DNA of 57,845 nucleotides. Origin: Octopus bimaculoides. Its lineage: Eukaryota. Where the stretch lies: assembly GCF_001194135.2 (NCBI RefSeq), contig NC_068995.1:24337683-24395527 (forward strand), written 5' to 3'. The first letter of the stretch is position 1; the number at the start of each line of letters is the position of its first letter. The notes beneath the pieces were generated by a model. The model saw nothing but the letters and a program-made list of their open reading frames with translations, searched no databases and had not been told where the DNA came from. Both the position numbers and the translations under genes were made by a program. This document shows, piece by piece, positions 1 through 14,599 of this stretch.

Positions 1-79
1 ATATATATATATATTGCCATGGGGAAGACAACAAAAACTGCCGGTTCCTCATGAGACGATGGATGATGGTTGCAAATCG

Positions 80-1320
80 CCTCAACCAACATCCCAAAAT
101 TAGAATATATTGATGGAGATTGAAAAAAGCCTGCAACAATGCTATGCGAAGGAGAGAGCAAAACACATCAAGTCCAATCCAAAAGCCTTCTTTCATTATG
201 CCAAAGAAACAATCTCAGTACACTGCAAAATAGCACCCTTCTTCCAAAAGGATGGCTCCCTCACAGAAAACCCACTCAAGATCAGTGAGGTACTGAATGA
301 CCAGTTCAAAAGTGTCTTTACCACCCTGCTGGAACACAGACAAGTGAACGAACCAGTGGACTTCTTTGCCGCCTCACCTATAACCAACAAGGCAGTTACG
401 ATGGAATGCATCGACATTAGCGAAGATGTACTACTAGCCATAGATAAGGTGGACGCAAACTCAACTGCTGGTCCTGATGGTTTCCCAGCAATCCTCCTCT
501 CAAATTGTGTAAGTGTACCCTGGAGAAAACCACTACAGATTCTCTTCTAGAGTTTTCTTACAAATGGCAGACTGCCAAGCAAGCTAAAGGAGGGAATAAT
601 ATGTCCAATCCATAAAGGGGGAAGCAGAGCAGATGCCAAAAACTATAGGCCTATCTCTCTAACTTCACACATCAGCAAAGTCATGGAACGGATAGTCAGC
701 GGGAAACTAATCGCATTCCTTTCGACCGGGTAGGGGTTGCCTGACCCAGCTCTTACAACATTACGACTGGTTGTTGAGGCAGTTACTGAACAGCTCAAAT
801 GTGGATGTAATATATCTTGATTTTGCAAAAGCTTTTGACAAAGTGGAGCATGGTATGATATGCCACAAACTGCGTGATTTCGGCATAGCTGGCAAACTTG
901 CAGAGTGGTTACATGACTTTCTGAAAGATAGAAGTCAGGCAGTAGTGGTTAATGGAGCCACCTCTATTGAAAACACAAATAGTGAGCGGTGTTCCACAGG
1001 GCACTGTCTTGGGACCACTGCTTTTTATAGTGGCCCTCTCAAATATGCCCTCAAGTGCCCGGATAGCCACTCTTGCAAGCTACGCAGACGAATACGAAAG
1101 TCTCGCAGAAAATACAGAACCCCGGCGATGTTGCACATCTGCAGCAGAAGTTGGACTTAATTTATAGATGGGCTGAGGATAATAATTTGCAGTCTAATGC
1201 TGAAAAATTCCAAGCCCTGCGCTGCCGGCGTCCAAAACTGAATATGAAACTTACAGGGTACACTGGTCCACAGGGAATTTCAATTCCAGAGTCTAAATCA
1301 GTGAGGGACCTGGGTATTGT
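80..1320 (+). mobile_element. Decayed non-LTR retrotransposon (CR1/L2/Jockey-type) reverse transcriptase fragment
   Basis: Joined frames give KAFFHYAK..AGPDGFPAILL..ICPIHKGGSRADAKNYRPISLTSHISKVMERIV..VDVIYLDFAKAFDKVEH..SGVPQGTVLGPLLFIV..YAD(D). Broken by a stop (548-550), frameshifts and a deletion near 730-750. Confidence 0.92.
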
Positions 1321-2819
1321 TTTTCTATTTTAATTTCTTCTGGGATAACATTTAAAAGTGCAAGACCATTTGCAGTGAAGAAATTGTGTCGCAATGTTCT
1401 TATGTGATATGATCTCGTCCTGTGTAGGGGACGTATATAGATTTTTGTTAAATCATTTCATTGCACTCTTGCAATCTCTTCACTAACTTGTCTCTCCACT
1501 TCCATTTATTTTGATCATAAATTAATAAAGGACTGAACCAGTGCGTGTGTTTATTACCAGCATAATGCTTCTCCCAAGGTTTAATTGTATTTCTTTCAAC
1601 ACACGTATCTACATCAAGAATCTTGCACACGAAATACACATACGAAATATATATATAAATATATATGTATATTTATATACATATAAATATATGTATATCT
1701 ATAAACATATATATAAATATATATATATATATANNNNNNNNNNNNNNNNNNNNNNNNNNNNNNNNNNNNNNNNNNNNNNNNNNNNNNNNNNNNNNNNNNN
1801 NNNNNNNNNNNNNNNNNNNNNNNNNNNNNNNNNNNNNNNNNNNNNNNNNNNNNNNNNNNNNNNNNNNNNNNNNNNNNNNNNNNNNNNNNNNNNNNNNNNN
1901 NNNNNNNNNNNNNNNNNNNNNNNNNNNNNNNNNNNNNNNNNNNNNNNNNNNNNNNNNNNNNNNNNNNNNNNNNNNNNNNNNNNNNNNNNNNNNNNNNNNN
2001 NNNNNNNNNNNNNNNNNNNNNNNNNNNNNNNNNNNNNNNNNNNNNNNNNNNNNNNNNNNNNNNNNNNNNNNNNNNNNNNNNNNNNNNNNNNNNNNNNNNN
2101 NNNNNNNNNNNNNNNNNNNNNNNNNNNNNNNNNNNNNNNNNNNNNNTATATATATATACACGCGTATGTGTGTGTGCGTGCTAGCTTATGTGAGTGTGTA
2201 TTACATATTCAACGCATATATGCCACCGCGCGCACAGTCCATGCATGCAACAGCACGAATGAATATGCTTTCTCGCAGACTCTATTTACGTTCGTGTGTA
2301 TAGTCAGGGTTGTACAGGCCTCGCTCAAAAATAAAATCGCAGAACATAAAGCAAAGCTAATTCTTCTGTCGACATTTATGTAATACTGTTGCAGCTTTTC
2401 TGTGGTAGTAGTGCACTGCCCACAGCTAATCGTATCATGATATAGCATATGATATGGATGGATGACAAGATAACTAGAAGTTAACGAAACTAAGGACCGA
2501 AAGGTAAACGAAGTAACACACATACTTGTGCTCTGTAAGATGTAAGTATAAATTAACTAGAAAATCGTTAATTGCAACGTAATTATGCACCTGCATTGTC
2601 GTAGCTATAACCTGATCGAATTCGGTTTTAAGGTGTAATGATTTGACACTAAAAAACTAGGGGTGTTGTGTTTATTAATGCTTAATATTTGTGTCAGAAC
2701 AGTTGGCAACCTCACGCTGTACAAGGTGTACCAATAAGAACCATTCCTCACTTATGTATAAAATATATATACACTATATAATAATGTAATATATAATATT
2801 TATCTAGCTAGACAGCTTG

Positions 2820-3025
2820 ATATATGTGTGTGCGCGCGTGTGTGTGTATGTATGTGCATGTGTATGTGTGTGTGTGTGTGCATTCGAGTGTGTATGCATA
2901 TGTGTGTGTACACATATATGTGTGTGTATACATATATAAATATGTGCTTGTGTCTATCCATCCATCTATCTATTTATCTATCTGTATGTCTGTCTGTCTA
3001 TCTGTTTATCTATCTATATGTAAAT
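2820..3025. repeat. Compound (TG)n/(TATG)n/(TATC)n microsatellite
   Basis: Directly visible short tandem repeats. Confidence 0.9.
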
Positions 3026-3976
3026 GCTTACTATCATATAGTTGAAGCTTGAGTTTTGTTTCCTCGAGAAATTAAGGAATTATTGTATACAACATTCAAC
3101 GCATTCCTCTTTAATTGTCCACATCAATAGCCTCCCTCCTTGAGTTATTTCTCATTACAAGCCATATATACATGTATGTATGTACGTACGTATGTATGTA
3201 TGTATGTATGTATGTGTATATGCATATATGTATATATATATATATATANNNNNNNNNNGGTGTGGATGGTGGTGGGTGGATATCCACGCAGGCTAAAGTG
3301 GTGAGCCATGAGTTGAGACTGAGTCTCAAAGTCATGGCTGTCGCTACAAAGTCTGCGTAGACGGAGGAATTGGGAATAGGGGATGGAAAGTTTTGTGTGT
3401 CTAGGGTGGGAGGAGGAACACACACACACACATACACAAATAGATGCATACATGTATATATAACATACATATGTACATATGCCGTTGAATTCAGTAACGT
3501 CAGCAAATAAATATATATAATCTTAATGAATGCTAAAATCTTTTCCATTGATTAAAATCTGCTAAAAAAAAAAATAATAACAATTGGTTATATTCTGTTA
3601 TGTTTACTGATTTCTTCTCCGGTGTAGATTGTAAACAATACGGACTGCGACAGATGGAATAACAAAAATGAACATACTGCCATTACACAAATGAGAGGTA
3701 ACTGATTATAAACAAATAGTAGTAATGAGTGCAGAATATAAACAACTGAAGATACAGTTAACAAGATTTCAACAAAATCCACTGACTCGATGCTATCCGC
3801 GTGGACCATGTACATAAGGAACAATTATCAAAGATCGAAAATTCCAACTTTGAGTCATTGAATGTTCTAGTATACTGTGCTGCGATTACTATTCTCTAAT
3901 AGATAGAAGTAACAGAGATCGATCGTAATGAGAGAAAACAAGCAAAATCGATTACCTCTTTCCCGATAAATATTGA

Positions 3977-4185
3977 TTTCAAATTTTGGTACTAGGCCAG
4001 TATTTTCGAGGAAGGATATAAGTCGATTACATCGACCCTAGTACTTAACTGATACTCATTTTATCGGCCCCGGAAGGATGAAAAGTAAAGTCGACCTCGG
4101 CGGAATTTGAATTCAGAATGTAAAGATGGAAATGTCCCAAGCGTTTTGTCCGGCGCGCTAACGATTCCGTCAGCTCGCAGCCCTT
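3977..4185 (-). mobile_element. tRNA-derived SINE, family 1 (Nin/Deu-domain-like)
   Basis: Matches about 10 other copies in the window. Minus strand has A-box-like GCTGACGGAATCG, B-box-like ATTCAAATTCC and a core like CCTTCCGGGGCCGATAAAATGAGTATCAG. Confidence 0.9.
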
Positions 4186-5580
4186 TCTCCGGATAAATAT
4201 TGATAGACTCTGAAATAACATTTGACATGCAGGCACTCTCTTTAAGTGAAAAGTAAATAGTAAATTCACTAACCACCAGCTGTATCTTAATCAATTATCC
4301 AAAGAGGCAGACGGGCCAGCTTATTGCTCTTCAACGCGAACTGTGGCCGGTAAGAGAAAAAGTTCGTAATCGAAAAATATTACTAAAACGTGGGGCCGTG
4401 CAAAGTAAGTTTGCATCCCACAAGTGCCATATCGCAATATGAAAGGCTATACCATTTAGGCCATAAATGCCTCTGCCCGAGATGATCTGGAAATATTTAG
4501 GTGCAGGGTGGATCTGGAATGTAAACAAACAACAAATCTGTGATGCAATGTGGTTAGATAAGCGATAAAGTTAGTATAGTGCAAACTTCTCTCTCAAAAC
4601 TTATATCAACAGCCAAGCGGGGAAATCACCTACGAAAGACCTGAATGTCGGTTATTGGAGCAGAAAGTTCACGATCTACAGAGCGCCTTTCCTTAAATTG
4701 TACAGAAGTACACTGAACTGGTTGGTAGTTGCAGGTATAAAATTTGTTGCTTAAACGCTAGTAGATGCATGTACCTAAAAACTAAGGATCCATAGTGTAC
4801 TTGAATGTGATGTATAAATTATACACTGGTTACTTGAAAGTTATCTCCCAAGATCATGGCTTGTGGACACACTATCTGATGACTGGTGAGCACGTATGGT
4901 GAGCACGTAGGAAGAAAGAAATATTCCTGGGCCTGTGCTGAACATCCCAACAAAACTGTCCTTAAGGACAGGAAACAGCACCACTGGGACTGACTACCAA
5001 TATGACTAGACTATAAGGTGTTTTGAAAATATTCGGTGTAAATGCAATAAGTGGATGTAACTATTTTGTCAAAAATTGAGGAAAAAATACGTCCATTTAT
5101 ATATATTATCATAGGTGTACTGTTCTAAGCAAACGATTCCAGTGATTCTCCTTTTGAGGTTCCTGGACTGAGCATTTGCATACAATCACGTTCATGTGGA
5201 ATACTCACACCTACACACTTGTATACTAATATGTGACATGCACACTCATTACATATATGAGTGTATACTTATCCACACATCAATACATATGTGCATACAC
5301 TAGTTCACAAATTCACAACTATTTACTGAGCTAATATTATTCAGCTGAAATCTAGTAACGTGATTTAGATAGGACGCCTATCCTCACTTGAAAGGACTAA
5401 AGCGCATTGTAACAAGTATACTTTGAACGCTCGAGTACAACAGCCACAATAGTAATATGATTTCTCAAACTAAGACCAATCGTCGATGCTAGTATATTCA
5501 AAGTCGTAAGTTAAGTGATTAAACTTTTACACAAAGTCACTTTTACACAACCTTAAACAATTCTATGACTGAAATATTGG

Positions 5581-5782
5581 CTTCAAATTTTGGCACAAGG
5601 CCAGCAAGTTCAGGAGAGGGGATAAGTCGATTACATCTCAACTGGTACTTATTTTATCGACCTCCAAAGAATGAAAGGCAAAGTCTATCACAACAGAATC
5701 TGAACTCAGAACATAAAGGCTGATGAAATGCCTCTAAGTATTTTGCTCGGTACGGTAACGATTTTACCAGCTCGGCGTCTTA
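5581..5782 (-). mobile_element. SINE family 1 copy
   Basis: ttcaaattttggcacaaggccagc...aactggtacttattttatcgac...gaactcagaac...ccagctcggcgtctt aligns to the other copies. Confidence 0.9.
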
Positions 5783-6289
5783 AATGACTCAAAAATATTA
5801 CAAAAGTGCAATTGAAATTCAATCAAAAATGAGAAGTACAAACAAAAAGCCCTGATACCACAAGGACCCAAGAAATACTTCTAATGCTTGTAATACGTTT
5901 AAACTATGTTGAATATATATCATTCAATGACAAATGTGCAAAGTGGTTTACACAGTCCTACTTTAATAATTCATATACTGTGAAATAATTTCTAGGATTC
6001 TCAGTGGGATTTTATAGTCAAATATTTGATTGTATAACATTCTTCACTGAAACAAATTTCTACAATGTGCCTGGTCCAAAACGACAGATCATGATACTAG
6101 ATCTATCGGTGTTGATATTTTATCCAGGCCTAAAAGCCATATTCTCTCATTGAATTTTTTGCCTAAGTAACTCTTCTCTGAGTTTCTTCTTTTACTAACA
6201 CCAAAACAAGGTTTTTATTAATTTATGCACAACATGGATCCGTCAGGAATTTTCATAACAGTAAGCATTTAATACGTTTGTTTGTATTT

Positions 6290-6670
6290 ATTTGTTTATA
6301 CGTGTACGTATGTGTATGAGTATATTATGTATGTATGGATGTATGTATGTATGTATGTGTTTATATATATATATATATATATATATGCATATATATATAC
6401 ATGTGTGTGTGCCTGTGTATTTCAAGATTCCTTGCCAATAGTGATGTATGTATGTATGTATGTAAAGATAGGTTATGTATATATGCATTTCTATAATTGC
6501 GTGTGTGGGCGTAAGGATATGTTTATTCAATTATATATATTCATGTGTGCGCGCGTATGTGTGTCTGTCTGTGTGTGCGCGCGTGTGTGTATGTGTTTGC
6601 GTGTGTGTCTGTCTGTCTGTATGTATGTATGTCTGAGCGCGCCGCGCGCGCGCGCGTGTGTGTATGTGTG
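6290..6670. repeat. Compound (TATG)n/(TA)n/(TG)n/(CG)n microsatellite
   Basis: Directly visible. Confidence 0.9.
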
Positions 6671-9600
6671 TAATATATTCATTTTTATTTCAGAGGGAAT
6701 ATTATCGTTCTTTAGTTTTTCAATATTTTTCTGCTAAATTTCGTCTTGAAGAAATCGTTTTAGTTTATTTCAGGCAGTCTTTTCGAGGCTTATAATTGGC
6801 CAATTTGCAGTAAGTTTTAGCAGAAAAATTCTTGTGGGATATTATTATTAAAGAAAAATTTTATTTTTTTAAGGGTAATATTTATTTTTAAGTTACTTTG
6901 TTTTTTTCTTGTATTTACTTTGTCGTTGCTTTCGACATCATCTTCCATTTTTTACTTCAAATTTCCTAACTTTTTTGTTGTTGTTATTGTTGGAAAGCCA
7001 AATTCGTACTGAATTATATTATTTTCTGAGTCACAGGTAAACTAACTAGAGGAAAGGATGGCAGGCGTTTTGAAAGTATTTGTACATAATACCAACGGTT
7101 TTGTTGTTCCCATTGATTTTGTTTGTATTTTTATCAGTAAAAATAGATAAGTAAGAAACATTTCAATTTATTTTATTTTAAATCATTTTCAATTTTTGTA
7201 TTGTATTTTATGTTGTTTTTTTGCTTATGATTTGGGTGAGTTGTTTTTGTTTGTTTTTTTTCAATTTCGTGTTCTTTTTCTCTTTTTTATCAACACTTAT
7301 TCCTTTTAAATTATGCAAAACAGTTTCAAAGTAGTTGAGTAATATTTATTGTTGTTTTTTTCTTGAGTGAAAAATTTAAGAGAGAAGAAATCTTTATTTC
7401 ATTTTATTTATTTTCCACCAAATAGCTTGGATTTTATTATTCTTTTTCTTCTTATTTCTGTACGATGTTGTGGTTGTTGTTTATCATTTCAGTCTGCTTG
7501 CGTAGATTGCTTCTTAATAGAAACTTAGTAATTTGGCAGCAATTTGGACATATATTTGCCGTTTGTAAAACTAAAACGAAAAAAAAAGTGCTTTCTATTT
7601 CGACGCACAACTTAGAGATAGCGTATCTCAGTTAACTAAATATCTCATCTACAATCTAAAATGTTCTTTGTTCAAATGCCAACTTCCACAACATTAAGCG
7701 CTTGTACTTCTAACTCCACAGCCAGTCGCAAATAAATGGTGATCAGAAATGAATCTGATAGATGTAATACTTGAGGTACTACCTCAGATGTTCAGCATAT
7801 AGATTATATTATGTAACTGTATAAAATGAAATTTTGCAAAGATCTTAATCTTATTTTAGTCAATTTAAATAAAATTCTATGTTGTGCACAAAATGCTCCC
7901 AAAATGCATTTGGTGGCATATTCTCTAATTATAATTTAAAGTAACCATAACGTTAATTCAGACTGTTAATTCATAATAAATTTAAATTACGAACGCATGC
8001 ATGTCTTGGGGCGATTATTGAATATGGTTGCAAGCTTGGCAGAAGGGTTAAGTTGTTCCCTTAGCATGTGACACCGAGTTTAGTCTCTCTTCGAGCCACC
8101 TTCGTCAAGTATCTTTCACCCATACACAACCCAAATTGAAATAAATTAAAATAAAATACAATTGAAATGAGTGTGGTCTCTAGAATGCTGTACTAGAAAA
8201 TATATTGATGTAGAGTGATTAAAATATTCAGTGTCTATTTTATGTCATAACTAGACAAACATAGTCGGAATCTGCTCAGGAGTGTGTAATAGCTTACCTG
8301 CCGAGCACTTTGGGTACAAAATGAAAACGAAATGCGCCCTTTTATTTATAATTCAACGGAGCAGTGAAAATACCACTAAAATACTGTAGTGGTAAAATTT
8401 ATTTGCGCAATTAAAATACCTGGGAGATTTTTCTCATGGTACCTAAACACGTGTGAGTCATATATATAGTGTGTCATAATTCATCTAAACGAGGCATTTT
8501 TCATGGAAAGTATTCTACTACTAATTGAGTATCATGACATTCTCAGATATGTTTCAGTCTAGTTAGACCTCCTCAGCAAAGTGTATTCTAATCGTGACTG
8601 TCACATCTTAGATGACAAGGGAAGCATGTAGGACTTTAGTGAATGAACACTAAGGGGCGTTATAAATTAAAAGAATAACTGTAGAGAAAAATAAACAGAG
8701 ATACCTGCTGCATGAAAAAGGATTAGAAAACTGGGTGATGATATACTTGATGTTTTGAACCTAGGGATTTGAGTTAAATAAAATTACACCCAGAATGAAG
8801 AGAAACATTCTTTATCATAATGACTAATTTTAGTTCAGATATATTTCAAGGGAGAAACCCTGTACACCATACTGTTCATTCACTAAACTTCTATATGCTT
8901 TCTAGTTATTTTTAGATCAGCAATGAGAGATTACGGTTCATTTATAAAGTCTTATATAGGAAAAAATGTTCAGAATTGTCACTGGACAGGTAATATCCAG
9001 ACTCATTCCCCATTGCACTATATTCTTTATTTACATGTAATTGCATATACCCAAGGTTGTCTCTAATTAGTTAATTAGATAGATAATGTTAGTTTCTTCA
9101 CACTACGAGTGTAAGATTAATCACTTGCAATATCTTAGCTCACGACATTGAATATATTAGCACCGACTGTTCTACTGCCCATTTGCATGTAATAGAATGG
9201 TGATTTCCTTCAAATGTGTTTGCATACACATGAGAGTCTGTGGTGAAGGATTCAGGGGTTGTTGTTAGCCCCAGGTCAGCCTGATCGAACTTCTCTATGA
9301 TCAACAGTGACCTTCCTTCATTTTCACAAGCTGTAATGTATTTAGCAACATATTATCCAAATCATCACTTAAAACAGTGATGTATGTTTCTGAGGGAACT
9401 TAGGCTGCTATTTCTAGAAGGTCGAGCGACTACACAAAAGCTTTTTGACCACTGTGTGTTTGGATGGATCAGAGATAAATACAATAGCCATCGTTGACGG
9501 AGTTCTGATTAATTGGCCGACATAAATAAAATATTCAATGTGTAAAAACAAATGGTTTGCTGCGAGATGTGGTATCTTTATCAAGAGTCAGACAATGTTA

Positions 9601-9846
9601 AAGGAGGAGAGATGGTGATAGCAAAGTAAGGGTTAGGTACGGATGTGAGGAAGGGATCATGGGTGTTTCAAACGTTGATCTTCAAGGCTTATCTACAAAT
9701 TACAACAAATTAACATGCGAGATTTGTAAATGTAACAGATTTTGCTTTTCTTCAGAGTTAAATGATAAAGAAAAGAATGAAAGACAAAAAGAAAGAATCA
9801 AAAGGAGAAAGAAAAGCGAGAAAAACGGTTTTTTAGTAAAGTTAAG

Positions 9847-9885
9847 CCGTTGCTGTCCCACAGATTGAAGGTGGGGCAGCAACGG
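9847..9885. other. 15-bp GC-rich hairpin
   Basis: CCGTTGCTGTCCCAC-agattgaag-GTGGGGCAGCAACGG: 14 Watson-Crick pairs plus 1 G.U. Confidence 0.8.
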
Positions 9886-10520
9886 GTTCTACCCAGTTTG
9901 ATTCAACAATGCTGAGAAGAGAGGTAACATTAGAAATATCAAGACAACTTATATTCGTAAATAAAAACTGTATGAATTACAACTAAAGTCGACTGCTCAT
10001 ATCCAGAATAATGTATTATAAACATGATGTGTTTTCCCAAAACATATCAAAGTCCAATATGAAAATTAATACTAAAATGCACCGTAAGACAAGATACGCA
10101 GCGAGGAGAGAAAATGGAAGCTGTTTTGAACAAAACAGGAAAACTATCCTCAACAAATAATAGGTGATGGCGGCACATAAGACATGGCAACAGCAATGGG
10201 TACATGCAGTCCATTTCACATTAACTGGTGAAGGGAACGTGACAGTATCGGATAGTAATAACAGTCAATGAAAGACAGAAATACTTATAGTATGGACTTT
10301 AAAAGTGAGGCGTGATGAGTAACTCAAAACTTAGGAATCCTGGATATTTTGTAGCTTTGAGAGAACAATAAAAAATGAATCGGTAAATTCGAAAAACATC
10401 AAAATGTGAGATATTCACGTTTTAAATTTAGAAAACTTGAAAACCTACTGACCATTTCTGTAATGTGTGTGCGTGCGTGCGTGTGTGCGTGCTTGCGTGT
10501 GTGTGTGTGTGTTTTATTGG

Positions 10521-10705
10521 TTTCAAATTTTGGCACAAGGTTAGCAATTTCGGGGTAGGGGGCAAGGCGATTACATGGACCCTAGTGAACAACTGGTACT
10601 TATTTTATCGATCCTGAGACTATAAAGTCGAGCTCGATGGCATCTGAACTCAGAATGTAAAGACGGACGCCAGGCGTGCCAACGATTCATCCAGCTTGCC
10701 GCCTT
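10521..10705 (-). mobile_element. SINE family 1 copy (internally deleted)
   Basis: tttcaaattttggcacaagg...caactggtacttattttatcga...ccagcttgccgcctt. Confidence 0.9.
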
Positions 10706-11717
10706 TTCTATTCAAAGCTGACAATTCATTCAGAGTGCCACCCCGGGGCTGGCTATTCACGGCAGTGGACACGAAAGTTATATTTCACTTTTGAAGAATT
10801 TTTTTCAAAGCATGAATCTTCGTTGACGTTAAAATTTCAAACAGAGTTTTGAATTAAGCTGTGACTATATATAGTTTTTGTTTTTGTTTCTTTTTGTCCA
10901 TTTATCGACTACAGTAGTCTGTGATTGACCTATTTATTAGTTCTTTTTTTTTTACTGGATATTGTTATCTTTTAGTGATCCTAAGTCATTGTATGGATAT
11001 AGATGAGATTAAGTAATTGAAAAATATCAAAGGGAATGGACAAACAACAAATAAAAAGCATTTGCACTGGGTTATATATACATAAAACTTTCCCCTTATT
11101 TTATATAAATCATGGATGTATAACACAGCTGACAATGATAAGGAATTAACGACAGAGTCTTTATACGGTCAATGTCTAAATGTAGCAATTAAATATCCCT
11201 CAAAACATAGTCTACTGCCTTACAATCTGAAGAAAATATAAACCGAATAATACAACGATAAATGTACAATAAAATCAGATGGTCTCGCCCAGAATGTTTA
11301 TGGTTCCAGGTATACTCATCCAGCACTGACAACAACACCTAGTAATAGACCGAAATCTCGTAATTCATCATTTACTTTGCGAATTCGGTTAACTGCATAC
11401 TCACGTTAATCAGTTTATTTTTAAAGAGAACTGAATGAATATCTGAATACGTGTGTACGAGTGTTTGTGTGTGTAGGTTATGTGTGTATGTATATATATA
11501 TATATATATACACTCACACGGACATATGCATATATACGTATATATTCATGCGTTCATATAGAGAGAGAGCAGTGGAGAGAACAAGAGAGAAAGTATGTGT
11601 GTCGTATCTCTGTGTGCGCATATACACATGAGTAAAAATGTAGATAGCGAAAGAGAAATACATAAAAGAATTCATATATATATAAATTTACATATATATA
11701 CATATACATGCATTAAC

Positions 11718-11754
<37 letters not shown>

Positions 11755-12741
11755 NNNNNNNNNNNNNNNNNNNNNNNNNNNNNNNNNNNNNNNNNNNNNN
11801 NNNNNNNNNNNNNNNNNNNNNNNNNNNNNNNNNNNNNNNNNNNNNNNNNNNNNNNNNNNNNNNNNNNNNNNNNNNNNNNNNNNNNNNNNNNNNNNNNNNN
11901 NNNNNNNNNNNNNNNNNNNNNNNNNNNNNNNNNNNNNNNNNNNNNNNNNNNGATCTATATATATATATATATATACATATATTCATATATGTCATTTATA
12001 TATATATTCATATATGTGTGCAGCAGAAGTATATGTGCTTGAAGAATACAAAGATATATAAATAGCTACTTAGACATTAGTTTGGGTTTTTTTTTTCTTT
12101 CCAAATAGTTCTGTAATTAGGTAATTATTTTGGCATGTCTTTTTCGTTACAAGTTCTTATTAGTCGATGGGGTTATATAAATACGGTAGTTATCTAATTA
12201 AGGGAGTCCGATGCAACAGTAAGATACGAGCAATCTCTTCCCCCACTTAAAGCAACCGTTACAGATCTCAATTAAAAGCAGAAATCAAAAAAAAAATAGC
12301 ATAGCGTTAGCAATTTAGAAGTGGAATTGTTTTTGTTGTTGATGTTATGTATGTTATTTTATTAACTCTATGGAGCCTTGTGTTCCAATTACTTTGATGT
12401 CCTAGATTTCTGCGGGTGTGTTACCAACATAAAAGAAACTTTTGTTTGTTTTTTCTTTCCTTTCTCTTTTGTTTTTGTTTGTTTTTTTGTTTTTTTAATC
12501 TGTCTTTCGTTTTTTCGTGAGAGAGATATCATATCTGTGAAACAACTAATGTTTAAACCAGCGGCTGATGCAACAACTCTGATATTTTTTGTTAGAATAT
12601 GTAACAAAACATCGCATAATAATCAGCATCTTCCTCATCCTCATTCTCATCATCATCATTACTATGAAAGACAATTGGTCTACCAATTTCAATAAATTAA
12701 AATCTACTACTACAGTCAGTAGTAGTAGTAGTAGTAAAATG

Positions 12742-12917
12742 GTTTCCTATTCAGGCAGAAGATCATCGACCTCGGTCATTGACAGGTCCTTTATTATATC
12801 GGCCCCGAAAGGATGAACAGGACAGCTGGTCTCGGTGAAATTTTAAACCAGAGCAAAGAGCCATAAGAAAGACAACATGGTATCATGACCCCCAGATTCT
12901 GCAAATCCGCCGCCCTT
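12742..12917 (-). mobile_element. SINE family 1 copy (diverged)
   Basis: atcgacctcgg...atcggccccgaaaggatgaa...gattctgcaaatccgccgccctt. Confidence 0.7.
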
Positions 12918-12924
12918 AATAATT

Positions 12925-13082
12925 GTTTCTAACATGGGGCACAGGGCCTGAAATAAGACGGGCTGGATTAGCCGATATCATCCCCAAGCACTTTACTGGT
13001 ACTTTATTTTATCGATCCCGAAAGGAAGAAAGGCAAAGTTGACGTCAGAGGGTTCGTTAACGTTTCTACCAGTCACCCACCT
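12925..13082 (-). mobile_element. SINE family 1 copy, tandem with the previous one
   Basis: ggcacagggcctgaaa...actggtactttatttttatcgatcccgaaaggaagaaaggcaaagttgac. Confidence 0.8.
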
Positions 13083-13084
13083 CT

Positions 13085-13109
13085 AAACAACAACAACGAT
13101 AGCGACGAC

Positions 13110-13141
<32 letters not shown>

Positions 13142-13262
13142 CAACGACGACGACGACGACGACGATGATGATGATGATGGTGGTGGTGGTGGTGGTGGTG
13201 ATGATGATGATGATGATGATGATAGTGCTGGTGGTGATGATGGTGGTGATGGTGCTGGTGTT
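13085..13262. repeat. Trinucleotide staircase (AAC)-(GAC)n-(GAT)n-(GGT)n running into a gap
   Basis: Directly visible. Confidence 0.9.
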
Positions 13263-14020
13263 NNNNNNNNNNNNNNNNNNNNNNNNNNNNNNNNNNNNNN
13301 NNNNNNNNNNNNNNNNNNNNNNNNNNNNNNNNNNNNNNNNNNNNNNNNNNNNNNNNNNNNNNNNNNNNNNNNNNNNNNNNNNNNNNNNNNNNNNNNNNNN
13401 NNNNNNNNNNNNNNNNNNNNNNNNNNNNNNNNNNNNNNNNNNNNNNNNNNNNNNNNNNNNNNNNNNNNNNNNNNNNNNNNNNNNNNNNNNNNNNNNNNNN
13501 NNNNNTTTAGCGAAATTTAATCTGTAATCGTTTGCTTCCATACCAAATGTCACTGATGAAAAACTAACTTCCTTTCAACCACCATTTCAGAGGCATGAAA
13601 AAAGTAAAAAGGGAACGCCTCCCTTTCTCGTAAACCATTAATAAACATGAACTCGTCGCCTAGAATGTTGTCGAGTTTTTGTTCACCCTTTTGGCTCATC
13701 AAAGGTTATAGTCTATGGATTTTGCAAGTCGTTGTATTCTTCTAATTTATTTAAATCAGTTTGTATTGTTTTTACTGCACTTCCGGCAATAATGAGATCG
13801 ATGTATTGAGACATAACAACATACAGGTACACGAGTGACCACTGTCCTGCTACATAAAAGTAACAACTCTTGGTAATGCTAACAGGGGTTCTACACTTAC
13901 GTCTAAAAATATGTCCAAATAGATACCAAGGAATCTCTACAATGTCAAGGTACCGTTTACAGCAACCCTAACTTTAAAATTGTGTTGACTTGATATGCCT
14001 TATATAAGGAGTCTCGCTAT

Positions 14021-14260
14021 GGTAAATCGTGTGCTTTTGAATCATTAAAATTTAGTAGTGAATTTAACTGATTTCATCTGGTTCTCTAAGTAGCAGAACT
14101 ATAGTCCATAGACTGGATTATAATTCTCGTATAGAACTATTGTCTTTTTTGTAGGGCTATGATTATAATTTAAGAATTTCTAAATATTGTCTCCACCGAA
14201 TACTTGGTTCAAAGTAACCAACAATTATTCTACAGGTTATCTCGGGGATGGTACATTAAA
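14021..14260 (+). repeat. Left arm of an ~240-bp inverted repeat pair (partner 16010-16269)
   Basis: ggtaaatcgtgtgcttttgaatcatt...atagactggattataattctcgtatagaactat...atattgtctccaccgaatacttggttcaa...ttatctcgggg is the reverse complement of 16010-16269, roughly 80-85% identical by eye. Confidence 0.9.
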
Positions 14261-14599
14261 TCTCTGCTTAGGAATCTCTGCAAGAATCGTAAAAGAAATG
14301 TGGTTTCCTCTCAATACTGATCACTGCATATTGAGGTCAGACTTTCATTCCTCACAATAATTACGCCATTAGCTGCATTAAAAACTGGTATGTGCTTCTA
14401 CATGTAGAAATGTTGGTGCATTCAAGCCATGTTTATAAAATACCGCTTTATCAATAAACTATATCCTAAGTCAATATTTACGAATGCAAATACTAAGCGA
14501 CCAACAGTTCTAAGGTGACGTCATCGTAATCGAAATCATGCGACTTGAGCAGCATTGTATGATAAGTACCATTACCACCAACATTAGTGTCATTAATGG

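Noticed and set aside
2305-2715. cagggttg...gttggcaacct as transposon TIRs
   Set aside because: The match is too short and imperfect, and there is no TSD.
4331-5000. Higher-complexity stretch as a possible host exon (also 10016-10260, 24980-25330, 43100-43400)
   Set aside because: No recognisable protein similarity and no convincing splice-site pair; RNA-seq would be needed.
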